NCBI GenBank assembly: GCA_035549395.1
Contig: DASZQY010000239.1
Span: forward strand, 1-30,831
DNA length: 30,831 nt
Direction of reading: 5' to 3'
Origin: Bauldia sp.
GTDB taxonomy: Bacteria; Pseudomonadota; Alphaproteobacteria; Rhizobiales; Kaistiaceae
Shown: piece after piece, positions 1 to 10,700 of the stretch
Position numbering within the stretch: the first letter of the stretch is position 1
Layout: each line of letters opens with the position of its first letter
Translations under genes and position numbers: made by a program
The notes under the pieces: model-generated
Seen by the model: the letters and a program-made list of their open reading frames with translations, nothing else
Database searches by the model: none
Told to the model about the DNA's origin: nothing

Positions 1-2540
1 GGCAGAAATCGGCGGGGTGTGGGCAGAGTATGGCTCTTCCCGTTTAGCCGGACGCGGCGAAGCGCGATCTCGCCGTACAGAACTTCAAGGCGGGCGTCGG
101 AACCCAGTATCAGCCGGCCCCAGGCCTTACCCGCCGACCACAAGAGCCAGCCGGTGCTGGCGTGGGGCCGAAAACTCAGCGATTGGTCACGCAGGTCCGC
201 ATCCAATCCGGCCCAGGCATTGACAAGCGCCCAGGCTGACAGCGAGCGCACGTAGTACGCGCCGCACTCGATTTCACTGTATGGGTTACGGCGCGTGCCG
301 TTATAACGCGCGCGCGCCGTCGTCACGACCGTCAGTGCCTCATCGACGAGGTCGCGCATCAGCATGTGAGAGGCAGCGGCGTACTCGAGGCCCGTCCACA
401 CTTCCTCAGCGTAGGGCGCCGGGACCATCGGCTGGCTCTCGCGCTCCGGCCACGTGCAGAGCAGCAGGCCGCCTTCATCCTCGAGTCCGTAGACGCGAGC
501 CGGGTTCACATGTTCGGAAAGTGAGGATCGGAAGTTGCGGGCAAAGACGGCGCGGAGTGCAGAAGCCACCGCCGCGTCATCCAGCAGCGCGCCGAGCCCA
601 ACCAGGTCCGCGTGCCATTGCCCGAGGACCTGGTCAGTCAGGCAGCCGTTGGCGAGCTGATACTTGAGCTCACCGTGCTCTGCCGACCAGTACGCGCCAT
701 CGACGGATTCGCTGAGCACTCCGGCGATGCGTCCGTTATCGAATGGCGTAAGAACCCCGCGATCATGCAGATCGATTTGCTGCACGAAGTAGCACCCGTT
801 GAATAGCGATGTCGAAATGTAGGCGGCGCCATCCCGTGATAGGCGCTCACAATCGGCTGCAAATGTGCCGTCTCCGAGTGCTCTCGCCATCTCGGCCGCG
901 GCCGCAAGGGCTGCGACGTACATGCCGGACAGCCATGCATTGGGCCCGAACAGCTCCATATCCAGCGTGTGGTGCTGGCGCCCGTGCAGGATGCCGGTAC
1001 GCTGCGGATCCCAGCGGTCAGGATTATCCGCCGACCAGGCGTATTCCAGCGCGCGCCGTACGTTCGGCCACCAGCGGCGCATCCACTCCGTGTCGCCGGA
1101 AAGCTTCCATTCCCGGAATGTCTTGATAATTGCGCCAAAGTGTCCGTCGGCGGCGGGACCGATGACGTCGAAACCGGAACCAAGCGGCAGCTTCTGGCGG
1201 AACGTCAGCCCGCCGTCGGGCCGCTGGTTGTAGCGCCACTCTGCTTCGCGAAGGCCCCGCTCCAGAGTCGGGAAAAGCCAGGGCAATGCCTGCTGGTAGT
1301 TCCAGACGTGTGTGCAGCTGCCCTCGCATGAACCGGAAAGGGCGTGCTGCCCCTCCCATCCCCAGAGCGTGCCGTTCTCGAGCCTCAGGACGGTCGGGGT
1401 ACGAAGCAACGCCAGCGTCGCGCTCGCCGCGTCGAGGAATGGCGCGGGGAGGGAAGAGCCGAAAAGGGCATCGCGGAAAGCGATCGTCGCGCCCGCCAGT
1501 TCGTCCCAGCGCGCGAGCGCGTCACGTACGACTGCAACCGAATCCTGCCACTGGGTGGCGTAATAATTCCGCCACGTGGGCTTGTCGCCGGGCGGGGTTT
1601 CGCCGTCCGGCTTCTCGCGGCCGTACCAATAGATCTCGCCGCAAGGATAGTGCCAGGCGATGGCAAAACGAAGCGTTCGCCGTCCGCCCGCCGGCACGGT
1701 GAGGCGCGCCGCCAGAGTGCCGTGCTCCGGATAATAGTACATGTTGCGGGTGGAGCGTGGTCCTTCGTAGTGTCGCCTTGGCAGCCGTCCGGCGCCCGCG
1801 AATTCGCGCCAGAAGACGCTGATGTCGTCGAACCACTGGCCGCGATACCAGTAGTCGAGGTGCTGGACATCAATAGCGTCGCTGGCGATCGCGAGGTCGC
1901 CGCGTGCGTGCGCGGGTAGATCGGTGTCACGCGATGCAAGCTTGAGGACGCCGTCGGCGAAATCGTGCGCGCCGTTGCCGCAGCGATAGTTGCCGAGCGA
2001 ACCGGCCAGCGTGACGTCGATCGGTCCATCGGAGGTGTTTGCGATTTCGAAGGCGAGCATCGCGACCGGCATTGAACTGTCGCGGTCATTATGGGGAATG
2101 AACGGCGAGAGCGCCGTCAGGCGTATATCGGCGGGGAAATGCGGGTCGTTAAAGACGATGTCCGCGGTCGGGAAGCGCCCGACGAAGCGCGTGTTGGCGA
2201 AATGCGGCAGCCCGGCAAGCATCTGCCGGTTCGTGCCGTGGCCGGGTCCGTCGAATTGCGGGCGCATGCCGGTCGCCCCGGCGGCTATTCCATCGAACGG
2301 GCCGTTCAGCACCCGCGCGTCGATCAGCGCGCCGTCGCGCTCGGCCTTGATCGCGAAATGCGAGTAGCCGTTGAACTGGCCGAGGCCGGGGCGGTTGGCG
2401 ATCGCCCAGTCGATCAAACGCCCCGAGCCGGAAAGCGAGAAGCCGCCTGAGCCAATACCGCCAAGGGGGAACGCCACATAACGCGCGCGCTCGCCTTCGA
2501 ATACGAAGCGCGGGTCGACCGCATCGAGATCGGGAAACAT
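1..2540 (-). CDS. GH116-family (GBA2-like) glycoside hydrolase, 3' end beyond the left edge (>=846 codons)
   Basis: Manual translation from ATG 2540 (MFPDLDAVDPRF...) stays open to the window edge. Motifs: N-domain PLGGIGSGG...DWAIANRP; catalytic domain WGWEG, GSCEGSCTHVWNY, ADGHFGAIIKTFREWKLSGD, HHTLDMELFGPN, KYQLANGCLTDQVLGQW, EVWTGLEY, RNPYSEIECG. Absent from the ORF track because there is no stop in the window. Confidence 0.9.
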   Translation of the reverse strand, partial: MFPDLDAVDPRFVFEGERARYVAFPLGGIGSGGFSLSGSGRLIDWAIANRPGLGQFNGYSHFAIKAERDGALIDARVLNGPFDGIAAGATGMRPQFDGPGHGTNRQMLAGLPHFANTRFVGRFPTADIVFNDPHFPADIRLTALSPFIPHNDRDSSMPVAMLAFEIANTSDGPIDVTLAGSLGNYRCGNGAHDFADGVLKLASRDTDLPAHARGDLAIASDAIDVQHLDYWYRGQWFDDISVFWREFAGAGRLPRRHYEGPRSTRNMYYYPEHGTLAARLTVPAGGRRTLRFAIAWHYPCGEIYWYGREKPDGETPPGDKPTWRNYYATQWQDSVAVVRDALARWDELAGATIAFRDALFGSSLPAPFLDAASATLALLRTPTVLRLENGTLWGWEGQHALSGSCEGSCTHVWNYQQALPWLFPTLERGLREAEWRYNQRPDGGLTFRQKLPLGSGFDVIGPAADGHFGAIIKTFREWKLSGDTEWMRRWWPNVRRALEYAWSADNPDRWDPQRTGILHGRQHHTLDMELFGPNAWLSGMYVAALAAAAEMARALGDGTFAADCERLSRDGAAYISTSLFNGCYFVQQIDLHDRGVLTPFDNGRIAGVLSESVDGAYWSAEHGELKYQLANGCLTDQVLGQWHADLVGLGALLDDAAVASALRAVFARNFRSSLSEHVNPARVYGLEDEGGLLLCTWPERESQPMVPAPYAEEVWTGLEYAAASHMLMRDLVDEALTVVTTARARYNGTRRNPYSEIECGAYYVRSLSAWALVNAWAGLDADLRDQSLSFRPHASTGWLLWSAGKAWGRLILGSDARLEVLYGEIALRRVRLNGKSHTLPTPRRFL

Positions 2541-2553
2541 CGCTGGTTCGCAG

Positions 2554-3582
2554 TCAGCCGCCGGAGCGCCGCATGCGCCATTGGTCGACCAGTGCGGCGA
2601 GCACAATGACCAGGCCGAGGCTGACCACCTGAATTTCCGGATTCAGGCGCAGCAAGATGAAGGCGTTGCTGAGGATGCCAAGCAGGATCGAGCCGAGCAG
2701 CGTGCCGATGATCGAGCCGCGCCCGCCGAGCAGGCTGGTGCCGCCGATGATGACGCCGGCAATGATGGTGAGCACGAGGCCGGCACCGGCAGCGGGTGCA
2801 GCGTTGGCGAGCGCAGATGCCTGAAGCACGCCGGCGAAGGCAGCAAATCCCCCGGCGAGCACGTAGGCCAGGATAATAGTCGAGCGCACCGGCAGGCCGG
2901 AAAGGAATGCGGCGCGCTGGTTGTCGCCGACCGCGGTGATGCGCTGGCCGCGCACGGTGCGCGCCAGGAAGTATTGGCTGGCGGCGGCGAGCACGACCAG
3001 CACGACGACGCTGACGGGAACCGGCCCGAGTTCGGCCTGTCCCAGCCAAGCGGAGGAGTCGGGCATCTCGATCGGGTGGCGGTCCGTGATGTAGAGCGCG
3101 AGACCGGCCAGCGCCGATGACGTGCCAAGTGTCACGATGAACGAGTTGACGCGGCCGTAGGTAACGATGAGCCCATTGACGGCGCCAGCGACGCAACCGG
3201 TGACGATGCCGATCACGGCCGCCAGTTCGAATGGCACCCCCCACCCGACCATCGGGATCGCGCACATCAAACCGCCAAGGCTGATGATCGAGCCGACGGA
3301 CAGATCGAGATTGCCCGAGATGATCACAAGCGTGGCGCCGATCGCAGCGACGCCGACGACCGCGACCGCCTGCAGGATGTTGAGCAGGTTCTGCGGTGAA
3401 AAGAACACTGGATTGCCGAGGCCGACGAACCCGCCCAAGATAACGATGACAACGAGCACGATGAGCTCGCTGCCCCATTCGCGCGCGAGCGCGCGCATCT
3501 GGTGGCCGCCGCCCATCGGCGGTGTGCGGGAGCCGGGTATTGCGTTGGGACGCTCAGGCGCGTCGTCAGCCACGGCGGACAC
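2554..3582 (-). CDS. Sugar ABC transporter permease (RbsC-like, CUT2)
   Basis: 342 aa, multiple TM segments; DLSVGS, FIVTLGT, GQRITAVGDN, IIGGTSLLGGRG motifs; GTG start with GGAG 6 nt upstream, overlapping the ATPase 3' end. Confidence 0.93.
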   Translation of the reverse strand: MSAVADDAPERPNAIPGSRTPPMGGGHQMRALAREWGSELIVLVVIVILGGFVGLGNPVFFSPQNLLNILQAVAVVGVAAIGATLVIISGNLDLSVGSIISLGGLMCAIPMVGWGVPFELAAVIGIVTGCVAGAVNGLIVTYGRVNSFIVTLGTSSALAGLALYITDRHPIEMPDSSAWLGQAELGPVPVSVVVLVVLAAASQYFLARTVRGQRITAVGDNQRAAFLSGLPVRSTIILAYVLAGGFAAFAGVLQASALANAAPAAGAGLVLTIIAGVIIGGTSLLGGRGSIIGTLLGSILLGILSNAFILLRLNPEIQVVSLGLVIVLAALVDQWRMRRSGG

Positions 3583-5068
3583 TCACTTCTCCAAAGTTAT
3601 AGGCCAGGACATCTTCGATGGGGCTGCCGCCCGGCAGCTCCGCCACGACGCGTCCTTGATGGACGACGAGGATGCGCGTCGCGAGCTCGACCACTTCTTC
3701 GACCTCGCTGGAAATGAACCACACCGCGATGCCTTCTGCGGCAAGGCTGCGCATCAGGTCGTGGATCTCCCGCTTGGTTCCGACGTCCACTCCGTGCGTC
3801 GGCTCATCGAGAATGAGAAGACGTGGGCTGGCGCTCAGCGCGCGGGCAATCAGCAGCTTCTGCTGGTTGCCGCCGGAGAGTGTCGCGGCACGGATATGCG
3901 GGTCCGGTGCTTTCACCTGGAGACGGGCCATCAGCGCGCGGACTGCTTGCGTGCGCTCCACCCGGCTGCCCGGCGCACCGTCGCGTTCGCCGGTGCCCCA
4001 AAAACCGGCGCGAATGTTGAAGTCGACGGATTGCCCGTAGAACACTGCCTCCCGACGCCCTTCCGGGACGAACGCGATCCCGACGCGCAGCGCCTCGGCG
4101 GGATCGCCGAAATGCACTGGTGCGCCGGCGAAGCGCAGTACGCCGCTACCGGGATGCGTCGCGCCGATCACCGCATGGGCGATTTCGGTGCGCCCCGAAC
4201 CGACGAGGCCCGACATGCCGACAATTTCCCCTGCGGCGACGCGGAAGGAGACGTGCGCGAAGCCAGGCCCGCTGACATCGGCGAGCTCGAGAAGAGGTGG
4301 CCGATTGTCGTTGCCGACTGCGATCGGCGATTGGGCCGGAGCAAGAGGCTTCGCTCCGCCGGTGATGAAGCTGATAGCGCGTTCGACGGGTAGCTCTGCC
4401 GTCGGCGCATCAGCGACCTTGCGCCCATCGCGCATGACCACAACGTGGTCGGCGATCGCGTACACCTCGCGCAGGCGATGGCTGATGAGCACGACAGCCA
4501 CGCCACGTTCGCGCAAGCCGCGGACGACGTCGAACAGCCGCGCCGACTCGGCCTCGCCAAGGCTGGCGTTGGGCTCGTCGAGAAAGAGCACGCGGGGTTC
4601 GCCGACCAGCGCGCGTGCAATCTCGACGAGCTGGCGGTGCGCGCCCTTGATGTTTCGCATCTTGGCCGCCGGTTCGAGGTCCCGGATGCCGAGCGCGGCG
4701 AGGTGCTCGGCGGCGCGGGTGTTGAGCTGGTTGGTGCCGGCGCCGCTCCTGGCGCCCGGTGCCAGCCGCGCCAGGTAGATGTTGGCCGCGACCGACTGCT
4801 CCTCGAGCATCTGCGGCTCCTGATGGATCACGGCGATGCCGGCGCGGCGCGCGTCATCGGGTGAGCGGAGGCGCATGGGCGCCCCATCGAGGATCAGATC
4901 GCCGCCGTCGGGCTGGTAAGCCCCGCTCAAACAGGCGACCAGGGTTGACTTGCCGGCGCCGTTCTCCCCGAGCAGGGCGGTGACCTTGCCCAGTTCGATG
5001 GTGATATCCACGGTGTCGAGGGCCACGACGCCGCCAAAGCGTTTGGTCAACCCGCGGCCCTCGATCAT
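3566..5068 (-). CDS. Sugar ABC transporter ATP-binding protein (RbsA-like, two NBDs)
   Basis: 500 aa; GENGAGKST Walker A, FLDEP, second NBD with LSGGNQQK and ILDEPTHGVDVG. Confidence 0.95.
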   Translation of the reverse strand: MIEGRGLTKRFGGVVALDTVDITIELGKVTALLGENGAGKSTLVACLSGAYQPDGGDLILDGAPMRLRSPDDARRAGIAVIHQEPQMLEEQSVAANIYLARLAPGARSGAGTNQLNTRAAEHLAALGIRDLEPAAKMRNIKGAHRQLVEIARALVGEPRVLFLDEPNASLGEAESARLFDVVRGLRERGVAVVLISHRLREVYAIADHVVVMRDGRKVADAPTAELPVERAISFITGGAKPLAPAQSPIAVGNDNRPPLLELADVSGPGFAHVSFRVAAGEIVGMSGLVGSGRTEIAHAVIGATHPGSGVLRFAGAPVHFGDPAEALRVGIAFVPEGRREAVFYGQSVDFNIRAGFWGTGERDGAPGSRVERTQAVRALMARLQVKAPDPHIRAATLSGGNQQKLLIARALSASPRLLILDEPTHGVDVGTKREIHDLMRSLAAEGIAVWFISSEVEEVVELATRILVVHQGRVVAELPGGSPIEDVLAYNFGEVSVRRG

Positions 5069-5099
5069 CGCAATGTCTCTTCTGCCGGCCCGGCTGGCG

Positions 5100-6146
5100 C
5101 TACGGCGCCGTACCGTCCGCCTGCGCCGTCATCAGGGCGTCTATATTGTCGCTGGTCATGATGGAGTTCTTCACCGGCTCGTGGAAGTCCGGCGCCTGGC
5201 CGGTGACGACCGCGTTGTAGAGCAGCAGCGCCGTGTCATAGGCCTCGCCGAACGGATCCTGTCCGATGAGGATTGCCTGCTTGCCCTTGCGCATCTGCGC
5301 AACGCCACCCTGGGTGAAGTCGGCGCTGATCACCTTGATGTGCTTGGCCTGCTCGTCGGTCAGGGCGGCGGCGGCGGCGCCGGCATCGCCGATGTCGACG
5401 AAGATCGCGCAGAGGTCGGTTGGGTCGCCCGTGATGTAGGCCTTTACCGCCGGGCCGACCTTGCTCAGGTCCTGCTCTATCTCCACGCCGTCGCTGACTG
5501 GGCTGATGTTGGTGCCCTTGAGGTTGGCGAGGATCGCCTTGCGCATTGTCTCGTGCGTCGGCACAGAGAAGGCGCCGGTTATGATCCCGGCCTTGCATTG
5601 CTTGCCGGCCCACATCGGATCGGCGTTCACCGCCTTCACCGCGGCGCCGACGGCGACCGGACCCCATGCCTGGTCGAGATCCTCGCCGTGAAAGAAGAGG
5701 GCGCCGGCGTCCTTGGCGCAGTCAGCGGTGGTGATGAACACCGCAACCTTCACGTTGGCCTTCACGGCGTCCTTGATCAACGGGCAGGCGCCGTTGTCGA
5801 GCGGCAGGAACGCAATCGCGTCGTAGCCCTGAAGCAGGGTGGCGCGTCCGGCAGCGTTGACTGCGTCCTGCGTGAAGTCGTTCACCGTCACGTAGTCGAC
5901 GACCGCGTTGTACCCGGCGAGCACATCGCGCGCCGCATCGGACCCGACCTTTACCGCCGAAAAGAATTCGTTGCTCTCGGGGAAGCTGATCAGCGCGATC
6001 TTCACGGTCTTGCCGGTGGTGTTCTGCACCGGCTGCGTCCGCCCGGCGATGGGTGCTTTGCTGTCCGCGGAAGCGGTGAGCGGCAGCCCGATCGCGGCAA
6101 GCGCGAGGGCACCGCATGCCAGCAGCGTCTTTGTCATGGTTTTCAC
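5100..6146 (-). CDS. Sugar ABC transporter substrate-binding protein (RbsB-like)
   Basis: Signal-peptide-like start (GTG 6146 with GGAGG 6 nt upstream; alternative ATG 6137, MTKTLLACGALALAA); IGQDPFGEAY motif near the C-terminus; first gene of the ABC operon. Confidence 0.88.
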   Translation of the reverse strand: MKTMTKTLLACGALALAAIGLPLTASADSKAPIAGRTQPVQNTTGKTVKIALISFPESNEFFSAVKVGSDAARDVLAGYNAVVDYVTVNDFTQDAVNAAGRATLLQGYDAIAFLPLDNGACPLIKDAVKANVKVAVFITTADCAKDAGALFFHGEDLDQAWGPVAVGAAVKAVNADPMWAGKQCKAGIITGAFSVPTHETMRKAILANLKGTNISPVSDGVEIEQDLSKVGPAVKAYITGDPTDLCAIFVDIGDAGAAAAALTDEQAKHIKVISADFTQGGVAQMRKGKQAILIGQDPFGEAYDTALLLYNAVVTGQAPDFHEPVKNSIMTSDNIDALMTAQADGTAP

Positions 6147-6181
6147 GGATATCCTCCCTGGTGCGCCCCGTCCGGCGCGAT

Positions 6182-6196
6182 TCGAAACGTTTCGTG
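6182..6196. promoter_or_regulatory. Candidate LacI operator O1 (core palindrome CGAAACGTTTCG, 6183-6194)
   Basis: Perfect 12-bp palindrome with central CG in the divergent intergenic region; 15-bp inverted copy of the site at 6275-6289. Confidence 0.75.
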
Positions 6197-6274
6197 TTCC
6201 GGGTCGGTTTCTGGCCTCGCACACACTTTCGCCTGCTGGCGGGAGAGTGTGGAGACCGCGGTTGACTCTTCTTG

Positions 6275-6289
6275 CACGAAACGTTTCGA
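6275..6289. promoter_or_regulatory. Candidate LacI operator O2 (CACGAAACGTTTCGA)
   Basis: Same palindrome core at 6277-6288, 94 bp from O1 and just upstream of the LacI gene. Confidence 0.75.
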
Positions 6290-6328
6290 CTACACCACGA
6301 GCAACGAAGGTTGGCAAGAGGGTGAGTC

Positions 6329-7363
6329 GTGTCCACCATCAAGGACGTCGCGCAACGCGCCGGTGTCGCGATCTCGACTGTTTCCGCCGTGCTCAATCGG
6401 TCGGCGCCGGTGAGCGAGCGCGTCGTGAAGAAGGTCGAGGCGGCGATCGCCGCCGTTGGATACGTGCCGCACGCCGCCGCCCGAAGCCTGCGTAGCGGGC
6501 ACTCGCGACTCGTCGGTCTTGTGCTCCCGGACATCGCCAACCCGCACTTTGCGGCTGTCGCGCGTGTTGTCGAAGGCGTCTGCCTCAACGCCGGCTATAT
6601 GGCTGCGGTCTTTTCAACGAGCGAGGACCCTGATCGCGAAACGCAGATCCTCCACATGATGCAGATGCAGCGCGTCGCCGGCCTGCTCATCATCCCCACA
6701 CTGTCGGATCGCGTGCAAGGCGAGAAGCTGATGTCGGAGGTACACGTGCCAACGGTCCTGCTCGACAGCTACGTCGAAGGAATGCCCTACGACGTGGTGA
6801 AGCTCGACAATGTGGAGGCAGGGCGGCTTGCCACCGAACACCTTCTCTCGTTGGGACATAGCCGTATCGCCGTGACGACGGGCCGGCCAAATATCGCAAC
6901 TGGCGCCGACCGTCTGGCGGGTTATGTAAAGGCGCACAAGGCGCATAGGACCACTGTTGATCGCACGCTCTTCCTGCCGGGAAATTTCCGTCGCGATCAC
7001 GCCTACCGCTCAACACTCGAGGTCATGCGCCGCGCGAGCCCGCCGACTGCGATTTTCGCCCTCTCCAACATGATGATGCTCGGCGTGTTGGAGGCGCTTG
7101 GTGAACTCGGCCTGCTAGTGCCCCGCGATGTCTCCGTCGTCGGCATCGACGATTTCGAAACTGCGGCTCTGATGAATCCGCCGCCGACGGTGGTTGCCGA
7201 GCCGGTGGCGGAGATGGCCGAGAGCGCCATACGCCTCCTCCTTCGCGAAATCGCGGCTCGCGGCTCGCCAACCGGCAAATGGGAGATTCACCAGCCGCAG
7301 CTGGTGGTCCGCGCTTCGACGCGTCGTTTGTTCAATTCGACACCGGCTATCGACGCACTTTGA
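6329..7363 (+). CDS. LacI-family transcriptional regulator (GH116 module)
   Basis: TIKDVAQRAGVAISTVSAVLN helix-turn-helix, AARSLRSG hinge, DVSVVGIDD motif; 344 aa. Confidence 0.95.
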   Translation: MSTIKDVAQRAGVAISTVSAVLNRSAPVSERVVKKVEAAIAAVGYVPHAAARSLRSGHSRLVGLVLPDIANPHFAAVARVVEGVCLNAGYMAAVFSTSEDPDRETQILHMMQMQRVAGLLIIPTLSDRVQGEKLMSEVHVPTVLLDSYVEGMPYDVVKLDNVEAGRLATEHLLSLGHSRIAVTTGRPNIATGADRLAGYVKAHKAHRTTVDRTLFLPGNFRRDHAYRSTLEVMRRASPPTAIFALSNMMMLGVLEALGELGLLVPRDVSVVGIDDFETAALMNPPPTVVAEPVAEMAESAIRLLLREIAARGSPTGKWEIHQPQLVVRASTRRLFNSTPAIDAL

Positions 7364-7423
7364 AGCTTCATGGTTGGTGACAGTGTGTGCGCGATGCGCA
7401 GACCGCGTTCCGTGGCCGGCATG

Positions 7424-8482
<1,059 letters not shown>

Positions 8483-8487
8483 CGTCG

Positions 8488-10677
8488 CTACTCCACTGCA
8501 AGGTCGAGCGTCGCCGTGCCGAGGCGCTGGTTGCGGACCGTCACCCGCACCGGACCGCGAGCGCCTGTTTCGGCCGCGATCCAGAAGCCGACGGCGCCGC
8601 CGCGCAGCGACAATAGCCGCGGGCCGATGAGCCGCGCGGCGCCCTCCACCGCCACCTCGACCGGCTCGAACAGGAACGGCAGCTTGTGGCCTTCCTGATC
8701 GAGCGCCCGCACTATCACGCGCAGGCTGTCGCCCGCCGGCACCATGCGGGCGTCAGGGACGACCTCGAGCTGGCTTGCCACCGGCGAGGCGGTGTAGCGC
8801 AAGGTCTTCACTGGCGCACCATCGACGAAACCGGTGAAACTCACGTCGCGCCACTCCATGCCCCAGCGACCAAGCTCGTGATCACTGAAGTCGCTGCGCT
8901 GGAAGATCACCGGCGCGTGCGGCAGATGCGGAAATGCATCGCGGTCGGGAGCATGCCGCTTTGGTGGATTGTCGCCGTATGTGAGTTCCACCGCGTCGCA
9001 ATTGGTGAGGACGATCAGCGGGAAGACACCGCCAATGTTGCGTTCGCCACGCGCCCAGAACGTGACCGGCTCGAGCACCACCTCCTCCGATGGCTCGCAC
9101 TGGCTGGCGTAGACGTAGGCGGCGAATTTGGGCTCGCGGAACATGTCCATCACGCCGTGATGGCAGATACGGTCGCCGGAGCCGAAATCCTTGTGCGTGT
9201 TGTAGTCGAATGCACACCAGCCGATGGCGCCGGCAATGCCGGGATCGGCGTAGGCCGCATCGAGGACCTCGAGGTGGCGGCGCACGTGCTCGTTCTGCCG
9301 CTGCTCCTGATCATAGATCTTGGTCGGGTACATGTGCCCGCCGAACTCAGTGATCAGGTAGGGCACCGGCTGGTCGAGCCCGGTCGTCTCGCGGATCGGC
9401 CTCAGCGCCGTGCGCGGCCGGTTTCCGCCGAGCTCCTCGTTGCCGAGGATGAAGTCGTTCATCGTGTAGACATCCTCGAGGAACTCGCTCTCGGTGATGT
9501 AGCGCACGCCGCCGGTCTGCCGGGTATCGTCGGTCTCGTGGGCGACGCGGTTGGTCTCGGCGTAGAAGTCATGGTCGTCTTGCGACTCGTTGATGCGTAC
9601 ACCCCAGATGACAATCGACGGGTGGTTCCAGTCGCGCGAGATCATGCGGCGGACGTTCTCCACCGACTGCGCCTTCCAGGCGTCGCCGCCAATATGCTGC
9701 CAGCCCGGGATCTCCTCGAACACCAAAAGGCCGATGCGGTCACAATGGTCGAGGAACCAAGGCGATTGCGGATAGTGCGACGTGCGCACGATGTTGACGT
9801 GCAGCTGATGCTTGAGGATCTCGGCGTCGCGCTCCTGCGCGGCGCGGCCGAGCGCATAGCCGACGTAGGGGAATGACTGGTGACGGTTGAGGCCACGAAG
9901 CTTGAGCGGCCGGCCGTTGAGGCGGAAGCCGTCCGGCGAGAAACGCGCCTCGCGGAAGCCGAAGCGCGTAGTGAGCGTGTCGTCGCCGAAGGCGACCTCC
10001 AGCGTGTAGAGGTTGGGCGTCGCCAGATCCCACAGCGCGATGCCGTCGAGGTCGCGCATCTCGACGGAGACGGAGGAAGCGGCGGCGACCGAAGCGGTGG
10101 CGATGGGCGTTCCGGCTGGATCGCGCAAGGTTGCGGTGATGGTGCCGGAGACGGGCACGGACTGCGGATTGCCGAGTTCGATTTTCGCGACGAGTCGCTT
10201 GCGCGCCGCCAGCACGTCGGGCGTCTCGATCTTTACCCGGCCGATGGAGACCGCCGGCACGACCTTCAGCCAGACGTCGCGGTAGATGCCGGCATAGGTC
10301 AGGTAGTCGATCCGCCCGCCAAACGGGGGAATCTCCGGGTTCTCGCTGCCGTCGATCGATACGGTGAGGGTGTTCTCGCCATCGCGGAGCTTTCCGGTCA
10401 GCCGCGCCTCGAAGGGCGTATAGCCGTCCTTGTGCGCGGCAATCTCCACGCCGTTGAGGAGAACACGGGCGTTCGCCATCGCGCCGTCGAACAGCAGTGA
10501 CACTTCCTTTCCGGTCCATGCCGGATCGGCGGGAAGCCGCTTCTCGTAGGTGAAAGCGCGTTGATACGCCTGCTCGTCGAAGTAGGCGAAGGGCAGCTCG
10601 ACGGCCGTGTGCGGCAGCGTCACCGGTACGTGGCCATCGAACAGCCAGCCGTCGTTGAACGGAGTGACGGAACGCAT
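8488..10677 (-). CDS. lacZ: GH2 beta-galactosidase
   Basis: GLNRHQSFPYVG, RTSHYPQ, WGVRINES (acid/base Glu), YLITEFGGH (nucleophile Glu). Start placed at MRSVTPFNDGW (10677); alternative ATG 10704 overlaps the lacG stop. The ORF-track extension to 10989 lies inside lacG. Confidence 0.92.
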   Translation of the reverse strand: MRSVTPFNDGWLFDGHVPVTLPHTAVELPFAYFDEQAYQRAFTYEKRLPADPAWTGKEVSLLFDGAMANARVLLNGVEIAAHKDGYTPFEARLTGKLRDGENTLTVSIDGSENPEIPPFGGRIDYLTYAGIYRDVWLKVVPAVSIGRVKIETPDVLAARKRLVAKIELGNPQSVPVSGTITATLRDPAGTPIATASVAAASSVSVEMRDLDGIALWDLATPNLYTLEVAFGDDTLTTRFGFREARFSPDGFRLNGRPLKLRGLNRHQSFPYVGYALGRAAQERDAEILKHQLHVNIVRTSHYPQSPWFLDHCDRIGLLVFEEIPGWQHIGGDAWKAQSVENVRRMISRDWNHPSIVIWGVRINESQDDHDFYAETNRVAHETDDTRQTGGVRYITESEFLEDVYTMNDFILGNEELGGNRPRTALRPIRETTGLDQPVPYLITEFGGHMYPTKIYDQEQRQNEHVRRHLEVLDAAYADPGIAGAIGWCAFDYNTHKDFGSGDRICHHGVMDMFREPKFAAYVYASQCEPSEEVVLEPVTFWARGERNIGGVFPLIVLTNCDAVELTYGDNPPKRHAPDRDAFPHLPHAPVIFQRSDFSDHELGRWGMEWRDVSFTGFVDGAPVKTLRYTASPVASQLEVVPDARMVPAGDSLRVIVRALDQEGHKLPFLFEPVEVAVEGAARLIGPRLLSLRGGAVGFWIAAETGARGPVRVTVRNQRLGTATLDLAVE

Positions 10678-10700
10678 CGAATATCGAGCCTTGTGGAAAG

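Noticed and set aside
638-2089. Several short ORFs at the left end that could be read as a fragmented pseudogene
   Set aside because: They are off-frame; the GH116 frame is continuous from 2540 to the edge.
4170-4215. Degenerate Walker A (GLVGSGRTE) in the second NBD of the sugar ATPase
   Set aside because: Normal for RbsA/MglA-type tandem ATPases.
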